From Octopus vulgaris (taxonomy: Eukaryota): a stretch of 64,000 nucleotides of DNA. This document shows positions 53,954 to 64,000 of the stretch, one piece after another. Numbering within the stretch: the first letter of the stretch is position 1; every line of letters starts with the position of its first letter. The stretch covers positions 65,286,001 through 65,350,000 of the forward strand of contig OX597820.1 in the NCBI GenBank assembly GCA_951406725.2. Reading direction: 5' to 3'. Under the pieces are notes generated by a model that worked only from the letters and a program-made list of their open reading frames with translations, was not told the origin of the DNA and searched no databases. A program made the position numbers and the translations under genes.

Positions 53954-55243
53954 TCAACGAGGAGTTTGCATATTAAGTTGTGTTTGGAATTTTTCAATAA
54001 AGAGATTCTCCTTGTTAATTCTCTCTTGTGTGGTGATCCCGTCTTTACATTGGTAGAAGGGGAATATATAGAATTTGGGGTTTAAGTCTTTAGCACATGA
54101 GTCTAAGTGGTCACTCAGTGGAATTTGTCGGTATTCCGGGAGATTTATTTGTTCTTTATGCACCGTTACTCGTTTACGTAACGGGAGACTCGTTTGTCCA
54201 ACATAATTATGTTGGCAACCAGCGCATGTGAGAACGTAGATAAGGTTCTCGGAGGAACAGGAGAAGTTAGTCTTGATTTTAAACTTCGTACCTTGTTTGA
54301 AGGTAAATTCAGAGCCTTCAAGTAGAAAGGGGCAGGTACCACAGTTTGAGCGTGCACATTTTTTTACTGTTGGGGGTGGATGTGGTGTGTGAAGTTTGGC
54401 ATTTGTCAAGAGTTTTTTTAAAGATTTGTGTTGCCTTTTGCATTTGAGGATTTTGTGTGTATTTATAATGTTTTTCATTTTTGGGTCTGTTGACAGTAGA
54501 CTGAGGTTTTGTATGATTGTGGTGTATGCTTCGATATTTTTGGGGTTGTGGGTGGAAATGTATGGAAGTATTTTGAGGTTGTGTGTGGTGTTAGGTTGGG
54601 TGGTTTTCAGTGTAGTGTTGTCTAGTTCTTTGGCGCGTTTTATTCCATACTCTATAAGGGTGGAGGGATATTGACGTTGTAATAGTGTTTTTTTGAGGTC
54701 TTGAAGGCGTATTTCTCGTGTTTTTGGATCCGAGACAATGGTGCATACCCTTTTAGCTAAATTGAAAGGGATATTTGTCTTGGTGTGTTTTGGGTGGCAT
54801 GAACTAAAGAGGAGGTATTGTTGTGAGTCTGTAGGTTTGTGGTAGATGTCTGTTATGATTTGGTTCTTAGGTGTTTTTATAATTAGGAGGAATGGGAGAT
54901 GATGTTTGCTTAATTCCATAGTGAATTGGATGTTGGGATGTATGTTGTTTAGTATGGTTTTGAATTCCAGGAGTTTTTCATAAGGTTCTTTCCATATGAT
55001 GAAACAATCATCTAAATACCTTTTCCAGTTTTCCATTAGGTAGGTGTGGAAAACATGTCCAACTTTCTGGCTTGATATTTCATAGAGTGACAGTTCGAAG
55101 TAACCCATTATGAGGTTCGCAAGGACTGGTGCAGCCTTGGTACCCATCGCAATGCCACATTTTTGACGGTAGTGTGTGTCGTCGAAGAGAAAAAAATTGT
55201 TTGTCAGAATGAACTTAAGAGATTCTGTAATAAAAGACTTGTT
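53954..55243 (-). pseudogene. Inverted partial copy of the same PLE ORF (C-terminal RT + GIY-YIG)
   Basis: Protein identical to the + copy except a 6-nt deletion (LPFLLII vs LPFLDLLII) and CTIVS vs CTNVS. Confidence 0.9.
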
Positions 55244-57232
55244 CTCCCCTTTACCCCAAGCAAAACCAAGGTAAAATCCAATTTCAGTAAGGAAGAATGG
55301 GAAAACCTACGTGACATACAACTGGATAAAAACCTCACCATCAAAGAAGCGGACAAAGGGAGTGCTGTGGTCCTTATGGACACGGAATTTTATAAACACC
55401 TAGTTTTCTCCATGCTTAACAATAACATTTTCTATGAGGTTATTAACAACTACAAACAGCAAAAAACAATCAGAAACCTCACCACACTCATACGCCAACA
55501 CAGTCAGGGACTCACAGAAAAAGAAAGGGATTATATCACCATTTTCAAATGCAAGCCCAGCCTTTTTTATGGCCTTCCTAAAATCCATAAAAACAAATAC
55601 ATCACCGAAGCCTGCAAACTCTCCACTGACATCCACATCAACATCAAAGCACCGGAGGACCTAAAACTAAGGCCCATCGTGGCTGGGACCTCCTGTGAAA
55701 CACACCGCCTGAGTAACTTCCTAGACATCCTTTTGAAACCTTTCCTTACCCACATCAAAAGTTTCATTAGGGATGATCTGGACATGCTCAAACACCTCCC
55801 GAAAACAGTTAACGAGGAGGCACTCCTGGTATCCTTTGATGTCATCAACCTCTACACCAACATTCCACATGAGTATGGTATAGAGGCAATTGACTTCTGG
55901 CTAGAAAAACACCCAGAGACATTCCCTGACCGCATTAACAAGTCTTTTATTACAGAATCTCTTAAGTTCATTCTGACAAACAATTTTTTTCTCTTCGACG
56001 ACACACACTACCGTCAAAAATGTGGCATTGCGATGGGTACCAAGGCTGCACCAGTCCTTGCGAACCTCATAATGGGTTACTTCGAACTGTCACTCTATGA
56101 AATATCAAGCCAGAAAGTTGGACATGTTTTCCACACCTACCTAATGGAAAACTGGAAAAGGTATTTAGATGATTGTTTCATCATATGGAAAGAACCTTAT
56201 GAAAAACTCCTGGAATTCAAAACCATACTAAACAACATACATCCCAACATCCAATTCACTATGGAATTAAGCAAACATCATCTCCCATTCCTTGATCTCC
56301 TAATTATAAAAACACCTAAGAACCAAATCATAACAGACATCTACCACAAACCTACAGACTCACAACAATACCTCCTCTTTAGTTCATGCCACCCAAAACA
56401 CACCAAGACAAATATCCCTTTCAATTTAGCTAAAAGGGTATGCACCAATGTCTCGGATCCAAAAACACGAGAAATACGCCTTCAAGACCTCAAAAAAACA
56501 CTATTACAACGTCAATATCCCTCCACCCTTATAGAGTATGGAATAAAACGCGCCAAAGAACTAGACAACACTACACTGAAAACCACCCAACCTAACACCA
56601 CACACAACCTCAAAATACTTCCATACATTTCCACCCACAACCCCAAAAATATCGAAGCATACACCACAATCATACAAAACCTCAGTCTACTGTCAACAGA
56701 CCCAAAAATGAAAAACATTATAAATACACACAAAATCCTCAAATGCAAAAGGCAACACAAATCTTTAAAAAAACTCTTGACAAATGCCAAACTTCACACA
56801 CCACATCCACCCCCAACAGTAAAAAAATGTGCACGCTCAAACTGTGGTACCTGCCCCTTTCTACTTGAAGGCTCTGAATTTACCTTCAAACAAGGTACGA
56901 AGTTTAAAATCAAGACTAACTTCTCCTGTTCCTCCGAGAACCTTATCTACGTTCTCACATGCGCTGGTTGCCAACATAATTATGTTGGACAAACGAGTCT
57001 CCCGTTACGTAAACGAGTAACGGTGCATAAAGAACAAATAAATCTCCCGGAATACCGACAAATTCCACTGAGTGACCACTTAGACTCATGTGCTAAAGAC
57101 TTAAACCCCAAATTCTATATATTCCCCTTCTACCAATGTAAAGACGGGATCACCACACAAGAGAGAATTAACAAGGAGAATCTCTTTATTGAAAAATTCC
57201 AAACACAACTTAATATGCAAACTCCTCGTTGA
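55244..57232 (+). CDS. PLE reverse transcriptase + Cys linker + GIY-YIG endonuclease (5'-truncated, uninterrupted frame)
   Basis: RT motifs KEADKG, FYGLPKIHK, LRPIV, SFDVINLYTNI, GIAMGT..APVLANL, RYLDD, LPFLD and YHKPT. Linker CARSNCGTC is Neptune-like. Endonuclease: LIYVLTCAGCQHNYVGQT..R..H..E..LN. Confidence 0.92.
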   Translation, partial: LPFTPSKTKVKSNFSKEEWENLRDIQLDKNLTIKEADKGSAVVLMDTEFYKHLVFSMLNNNIFYEVINNYKQQKTIRNLTTLIRQHSQGLTEKERDYITIFKCKPSLFYGLPKIHKNKYITEACKLSTDIHINIKAPEDLKLRPIVAGTSCETHRLSNFLDILLKPFLTHIKSFIRDDLDMLKHLPKTVNEEALLVSFDVINLYTNIPHEYGIEAIDFWLEKHPETFPDRINKSFITESLKFILTNNFFLFDDTHYRQKCGIAMGTKAAPVLANLIMGYFELSLYEISSQKVGHVFHTYLMENWKRYLDDCFIIWKEPYEKLLEFKTILNNIHPNIQFTMELSKHHLPFLDLLIIKTPKNQIITDIYHKPTDSQQYLLFSSCHPKHTKTNIPFNLAKRVCTNVSDPKTREIRLQDLKKTLLQRQYPSTLIEYGIKRAKELDNTTLKTTQPNTTHNLKILPYISTHNPKNIEAYTTIIQNLSLLSTDPKMKNIINTHKILKCKRQHKSLKKLLTNAKLHTPHPPPTVKKCARSNCGTCPFLLEGSEFTFKQGTKFKIKTNFSCSSENLIYVLTCAGCQHNYVGQTSLPLRKRVTVHKEQINLPEYRQIPLSDHLDSCAKDLNPKFYIFPFYQCKDGITTQERINKENLFIEKFQTQLNMQTPR

Positions 57233-57864
57233 TCAAACTTCCTTTCTCTACCTCACTCTTCATGGATGGACTAACACAAATATATAAAGATACCATGCAT
57301 TCATCACTTCAAGCTAAAACTTATATTCTTTAAATATCATTTTTACTATTGTTGTTATTACTATCATTTTTATTATAAATGATATGACAATTTGAAATGC
57401 AATTGTCTATGCAGATTTATATTATTAGAAAATAATATAAATAAAGTGTTAAAATCTGAAAGTTAAGTTAACAAGCAATTATGTAAAAAAGATAATGCAA
57501 ATGAAGCTAAAATGATAGTTTTATAATTTGGGTTTTATTGAAGAACTCAAAAGAGTTGTCTCCCCTTACTCACAACACAGGAACTGAAGAACCAGGACCA
57601 CAATTACTACTACTTCCTGTCCTGCAACATGCTGAATTTAACAACACAACACATCACATGCTCTTAATCCCTTTGGATCTTAACACCTCAAGGTAATTTT
57701 TTGGTAAACAACCATAAAACTCAAGATACACAACGAACTCACAATGTATCGGAGAACTTATTTTTCAATTTTTGTACATTTTTATCATTATTCTTTTACA
57801 AAAAACAATGCAATTTTCTTTTTTTCCCCTTTCTAATTTTTAAAAAAACTTCTTAAAACATAAA

Positions 57865-57905
57865 TATTCTTGACAAGTCATACAATGACGAAAACCGGTT
57901 GAATA
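57865..57905 (+). ncRNA. Variant minimal hammerhead (U3-A8) in the PLE 3' region; mirror copy at 53281-53321 (-)
   Basis: TATTC-TTGACAA-GTCA tacaa TGAC-GAAA-ACCGGTT-GAATA. Confidence 0.7.
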
Positions 57906-58042
57906 AATATATATTTATATATTTTATCATTTTCTCATTTTATTAAAATTTTCTTTCATTTGAGCATTCTGCATTTTTAAAAAAATTTTTCCTTACTTAT
58001 CATTTCTCCACGTGCGGTCAACACAACCCCACCATTTATTGA

Positions 58043-58044
<2 letters not shown>

Positions 58045-58134
<90 letters not shown>

Positions 58135-58135
58135 C

Positions 58136-58174
<39 letters not shown>

Positions 58175-58183
58175 TATGTATAT

Positions 58184-58217
<34 letters not shown>

Positions 58218-58255
58218 GTATATATATATATATATATACATACATATACATACAT

Positions 58256-58302
<47 letters not shown>

Positions 58303-58359
58303 TATGTATACATGTGTATATATATAAATATATATATATATATACATATATATGTATAC

Positions 58360-58398
<39 letters not shown>

Positions 58399-58430
58399 TA
58401 TGTATGTATATATATATATATATAATTTAT
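58045..58430. repeat. (TA)n-rich microsatellite flanking the PLE
   Basis: Directly visible. Its counterpart lies at ~53040-53190. Confidence 0.95.
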
Positions 58431-58432
58431 AT

Positions 58433-58775
58433 AAGTAACGATAAGATAGTTAATTTAAAATAAAATAACGAACTTATCAGGTGGTCAGCATGGAAAAAAT
58501 AACCTTCAAAGGTAATAATTATTGAAATTATAAATTAGGGTGTCTACGAGATACCACCATGCTGAAAATAGCAGCCATGAACCGACTTTAAAATCACCGA
58601 CAGTTTTCTTATAGCAACATGGAGAAGATGAAACTAGTAATTTTTTACTAGTGTCATCTTGTCTCCTTGTCTTTTCTCCATGTTGCTATATGAAAACTTA
58701 AGGTGATTTTAAAGACGGTTCATGGCTGCTATTTTCAGCATGGTGGTATCTCGTAGATACCCTAATTTATAATTT
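58433..58775. repeat. Fold-back element with ~100-bp arms and a nested central hairpin
   Basis: Arms at 58525-58626 and 58674-58775; centre ACTAGTAA tttt TTACTAGT; left-only extension at 58433-58524. Confidence 0.8.
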
Positions 58776-58789
58776 ATATTTATATATTT

Positions 58790-58992
58790 GTGTGTGTTTG
58801 TCCCAACATCGCTTGACAACCGATGCTGCTGTGTTTATGTCCATGCAACTTAGCGGTTCGGCAATAAGAGACCGATAGAATAAGTACTAGGCTTACAAAG
58901 AATAAGTCCTGGGGTCGATTTGCTCGACTAAAGGCGGTGCTCCACCATGGCCACAGTCAAATGACGGAAACAAGTCAAAGAACAAAAGAGTA
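58790..58992 (+). mobile_element. SINE family A, 3' half
   Basis: GCTTGACAACCGATGCTG..GGCGGTGCTCCACCATGGCCACAGTC. Confidence 0.75.
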
Positions 58993-59329
58993 ACTCGATT
59001 ACCCAATCTCCGTTTCGAGTCGATATGAAGACGTATTGCCCTGAAGTTTGGGTTTTGCACTCACGATCGAAGGATCATCGTTTCGAAACCCCGTCGATAC
59101 GGTGCGTTGTGTTCTTGAGTAAAAAAAAATATATTAACGCACATCTTGTCCATTCAGCGATAAAGGAGTTCAGCATTATCAGGAAAGTTAACGCTGCAAC
59201 GGACATTTGGGAGCCAGGAGCTGGGTTGTAACCTCAGTCATTAATACACCGCGAAAATTGGCTTACGACCCTACCTTCTGAGTCATTGGGCTCGTGATTG
59301 ACTTACATCCACTTTCAAGCCGGTATTTC

Positions 59330-59993
59330 AAAAATTATGCGCGTTAATGAAGAAAACAGCGAACGTATTAAACTAGAAAACGGTGAACTAGAGGATGTAG
59401 CCGAATTTACGTATTTAGGTAGTAAGATAATGTTTTCAGGTGGCACCGACGAAGATATTAAGACGAGAATAAGTAAGGCAAGGACCGTTTCTCACCTGTT
59501 AAAAAGAGTATGGAGCGCAAGTGCAATTTCAATAAGGAACAAAATAAGAATTTCTAACACTAACGTAAAAGCGGTGTTATTGTATGGGGCTGAGACATGG
59601 CGAACAACAGTTAAGTCAAATAAGCAAATACAATCATTCATCAACAGATGCTTGAGTAGTATACTCAAAATTTTATGACCCGAACACATAAGCAATATGG
59701 AGCTATGGCAAATAACAAATCAAGTTTCGATTAGGGAGTAAATATAAAAGAAAAATTTGAAGTGGATTTGTAGCACAATTAGAAAAGACACACCAAATGT
59801 AGCGAAAAGTGCTTTACAGTGGAATCCGGATGGATATAGAAAGAAAGGTAGGCCTAAGATCTCGTGGCGTAGATCAACACAAAAGGAACTAAAGAAAGGG
59901 GGACATTCATGGCAGAGTATAAGTACAGAAGCGAAAAATTATGTGACATGGAATTCAATTATAAGTGACCTATATTCTGCGTTGGAGGGTTAA
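59330..59993 (+). mobile_element. RTE-clade LINE 3' fragment
   Basis: LEDVAEFTYLGS..DEDIKTRISKAR..VKAVLLYGAETW..FINRCL..ALQWNPDGYRKKGRPKISWRR. Confidence 0.85.
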
Positions 59994-62587
59994 AGGCAGA
60001 AAAAAAAAGGATATATTTCCAAGGATGTTTGGCAGCTATTTCTATCAGGCAGGTTACTACATAAAGTTTATTCACCTATGTCGAGATCACGTTTGTAGGT
60101 TACAGCTTATTACCTCATAATCAATGTGCTGAAACTCATTGTAAAGTACAGGCATACCTCAATACGTTTGACTGTTCCAGCAGCTGCTGTAGAAGCTGTG
60201 TGAGGCATCTTCTACCTGGACAGATGTCATGCAGAGTATCACTTAGGAAGCCATTCTCCTCTCAGAAAATATAGTATCTTTCTCTGATAATTCGTTCCAT
60301 GCCATTGTTGATACGTGAAGTAGACAAAGAGATAAGCCTCTAATTCTTAGCATCTGTTCTTCTCTGCTCTTTACGTTCATACAGTTTCGTCGTCACCATC
60401 GACGACGTTGTTATTCTTGTTGTTGTAGTTATTGTTGTTGTTATTTTGGTATTGGTGGGGGTGCGGGGTTGGTTGTAGTGGTGGTGGTGGTGGTGGTGGT
60501 GGTGGAGGTGAAGTTTATCGCTTTCAAGGAAGTTTTCGCAAAATATCTGAAGTAGTTTGACTTGACACTCTTTAAATGTTTTTACGAGAATTTGTTAGGG
60601 GAATTTACCAGGGGCTGTTGCTGAGTTCAACTTCATTTTATCTTAAGCAGATTTCTTCATTATGATCTTTATTTCTGGTTTTTTCTCCTGTTTTATTTTC
60701 ATTCATTGCAGCCATTTTCCTAAATGAAGATATAAACTTGAAGTATTCTTCCGGATCATTTATTTACATGTGTACAACGAATCAAGTGGGATACATTGAC
60801 TTCATAGAAATAGTAGCCCCCCCCCCATCAAACGAAGAAAAACCGTAACAGCGAGTGAGCTTCACGTAGTCGGTTGACGTGCGGGAAACAACACCAAAAT
60901 TACCCTAAAAACACACGTTAGGGTTTTATATAAGGACAGCACAGTTTAAGTTAATCCTACAACACACAAGTCATCTTCGTAGTCTACGACACATCACTGT
61001 TGGATGTCAACACCGACCCGAGAGCAAATTTATCTCCAAGCTGCGATAGATGATACTGTGCATACGAACTGAAAGACAAACACCTTTGAACTCATTTGCT
61101 CAAAGATCTGATCTTTCAGGGATGAGTTGAAGTAAGATAATTAAAGGACACATTGGATAACTATATTCTAAAAATGGCGAAAACATCGCATACTTTTCAT
61201 TAATAGTTTGCTCAATCAGATTTGATCTCGATCGAATCGACAAATTCGTCTTGAAATGATTTTTTAAAATTCAGTATTTCACTTAACTTTTGACGTTTTG
61301 TCACAACTTACTCAGGCACTTGAAACAAAGATCCTCTATTATGTAGTGTACTAAAAATTACTTGTTGCGCTATAATCATTTAAAAGTACTACAGTAACGA
61401 AAGGGGTTATTAGCCGAATAAATGTAATTATACTGTACACAATAGAAAGCACTTTTCTTCTTGTACATTATAAGCAACGTGTGTATATACGGATTCAAGC
61501 ATAGAAGTGTACTTAAGAGTAAATGGTCTTACACTAATGCTGTTCCGATTTCCTTTCTATTCTATGGCTCCTTAAACCAGATTATGTTACCATATCCTCA
61601 ACTTGAGCAATGCCTCGTGAGTGATATTTTACGATATAAATATCAGCGAAAAATGGAGACAACGACTATTGAAAAAATCAGTTAACCTCGTAGACTTTAA
61701 AACATCCGAGTTACACACTCATTCGGGTCACCGAGTGACTGAATAATTAGAATCTTTTACATGTTTGTTAGTGATTGTTTTAAGGATTTTCTCCTAAATT
61801 AGGATTTGGGGCACTGTTGCATAAAGGACAACAAAAAATTTGAAAGAAGGAACCTACAAATTCCAAAGATTCATATTGACCGAAAGGTTAATAGAGTGAA
61901 TATCATAGACCAGAGAGGAACGAAGCAATAGCAAGGAAATTCATAGAGGAGCAGTTCGAAGAAATAAGAGAATAAGGGAACTTCTGAATGACAGGAAGCT
62001 CAACAGTGAAAGGGTCCGCCTGGGAAACGAAGCTGACTCACTATTGAAAAAATTCAGTAAACGTAATACTAGGCTATCAATACAATTTAGCACCCACGCA
62101 TTTGAGAGCTTGCAGCTTACGCTGTCGACATTACGTATACACACGGAACAAAACTCTATGAGATATCAAACGGAATTTGTAGGTCCAAATACATATAGGC
62201 TATACACATCAATACATACATACATACATACAAACATTTATCCATATATACTAAACGTACATAATACTTGCACATACAGACATGCATACATACGTATGCA
62301 TGTATACATAGGCGTGCTTTTAATCTAGGGAAGATCATTTGTATCCATTTGGACACCTGCGTGAAACCATAGCATTAATCTAATTATATCGTTAACTACA
62401 CACGTTTACATACGCACACGCAGAACACAAATCCCCTTCTTTCTTGCGCACACACAGATACACAAAGGTACACACGTATGTATTCGTATGTGTGAGTGTA
62501 TACATACATCTCTCTCTCTCTACATATATATACACATCCATACAGAAGCAAACGTTTGCGTGTCGATGCACTTCCATGTGCATATCG

Positions 62588-62618
<31 letters not shown>

Positions 62619-62900
62619 TCTTGTGTGCGTCTATGTATATTTGTGCGTATATATATGTATATGTATATATGTAGGTATATATGTATATATATATATGTAT
62701 ATATATATATGTATGTATGGATGGATGTATGTATATATGTATATATATATATATACATATATATTCGTATATATATATTTACATATATATACATATATAT
62801 TTGTATATATATATTTACATATATATACGTATATTTATATACATATATGTATACATATATATATATGTATACATATATATATGTATACATATATATATGT

Positions 62901-62958
<58 letters not shown>

Positions 62959-63783
62959 GCATGGGCTTTGTATATCTACGATTGTATAAGAAGACTTAGT
63001 GTGCGAATGTGAAGTGTAGAGCGATTAGAGTTGTTGAAGTTTATGATTGCTAGAATTACTCAACGAACGCTCTTCCTCATCTTGCCTGTTGTCTTGCTTC
63101 ATTTTGTTTTGTTTGTTGTAATTTTATTTCTTTTCTTTTTGAAATTTTCTTGATCCCGGTTGTAATGAAGTTGCTTTGCCGCCATCTTTGTTAAAGCTAG
63201 TGTCAAGGAGAATTGAAATATTAATGGCCAGCTCTGAAGTGAATATTTACTTAATATGGGGAAGAAAATTAATAGTTCAATGGCAGGATGGTCACGAAGT
63301 AAAGGTGTGATTTGAGAGAGTTAATGACTTTCACCTAATATGTTTCAAAAGGGGTTTAGAATGATGCATTGTAAAGTTAATTTATATGTGTCTGCAGAAA
63401 GAGCTGGTTTTGGCTTCCCTTTCCAACTTTCGATTAAGTGATGAGCGTTAGAAGTAAATCTGTTTAACCGCAGAATTTAATTTACTTTTCGTATGTATCT
63501 AGTTGCGTGCTTCTATCTATATATATGTATATATCTTTCTATGTGTACATTTGTGTCTGCGTATTTGTGTGGGTTTGCATATGGTACGTATGTGTGTGTG
63601 TGTGTGTGTATGCTCGCGCGCAAATGTGTGTGATGTTTCGAATACATGTCTTCTTGGAAGATTGCAGAATAGGTAAAGAATCAGAATATACGTTATGAAT
63701 ATAATGGTTACGTACTCTTAGTACTCTCTCTCTCACTCTTTCTCTCACACACATATATATATATATATTTATATATATATGTA

Positions 63784-63947
63784 GGCGCAGGCGTGGCTGT
63801 GTGATAAGAAGCTTGCTTCCCAATCACGTGGTTCCGGGTTTAGTCCCACTCCGTGGCAACTTGGGCATGTTTCTTCTTCTATAGCCTCGGGCCGACCAAA
63901 AACCTTGTGAGTGAATTTGGTAGTCAGAAACTGAAAGAAGCCAGTTG
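63784..63947 (+). mobile_element. SINE family A, 5' half
   Basis: GGCGCAGGCGTGGCTGTGTG..CTTGGGCA..GAAACTGAAAGAAGCC. Confidence 0.8.
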
Positions 63948-63948
63948 T

Positions 63949-64000
<52 letters not shown>

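Larger units (their letters stand above)
53190..58044. mobile_element. Neptune-type Penelope-like element as a 4.85-kb fold-back in (TA)n
   Basis: 53190-55243 is the reverse complement of 55937-57997. Unique spacer at 55244-55936; right-only extension at 57998-58044. Confidence 0.95.

Noticed and set aside
55163-55243. N-terminus (MTVVCVVEEKK...) of the 689-aa ORF as a real start
   Set aside because: It begins at TTG and is the antisense of the inverted arm, fortuitously open. The element is 5'-truncated at ~55244.
53190-57997. Palindrome as an assembly fold-back artefact
   Set aside because: The arms differ by an in-frame deletion and a substitution, there is a 693-bp unique spacer, and the one-sided extension matches other elements. 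Not formally excluded without reads.
61900-62200. Purine-rich open stretch (HRGAVRRNKRIRELLNDRK...) as an exon
   Set aside because: No recognisable motif or clear splice sites. It may be decayed TE sequence and needs BLASTX or RNA-seq.

Overview
AT-rich, microsatellite-dense eukaryotic non-coding DNA. The SINE families look like those of octopus; this is an inference from recognising the repeats, not a database hit. I see no host exon. Most ORFs in the track are microsatellite artefacts. Ordinary content: two abundant tRNA-derived SINE families, decayed CR1-like, RTE and R4/Dong LINE fragments, mariner/Tc1/maT relics, a Tc1 MITE and a probable Helitron relic. The unusual signal is a Penelope-like element (PLE)/hammerhead ribozyme (HHR) system. 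(i) A young Neptune-type PLE (RT + GIY-YIG) forms a 4.85-kb fold-back with ~2.05-kb arms (53190-58044). (ii) A 360-bp x ~3.8 tandem array carries one HHR per monomer plus an inverted end, i.e. a retrozyme-like element (28326-29842). (iii) A tRNA-headed (Pol III) SINE carries a hammerhead and occurs as fold-back insertions (12488-13067, 42258-42575). (iv) Several 140-620 bp HHR mini-elements sit in microsatellites. (v) Two related fold-backs share a covarying, non-hammerhead structured motif (6011-6188, 58433-58775). About 15 HHR-like motifs were found by eye in 64 kb. Four unrelated fold-backs share one geometry, in which one arm carries a 34-48 nt terminal extension that the other lacks. All motifs were read manually; no folding or search was run.
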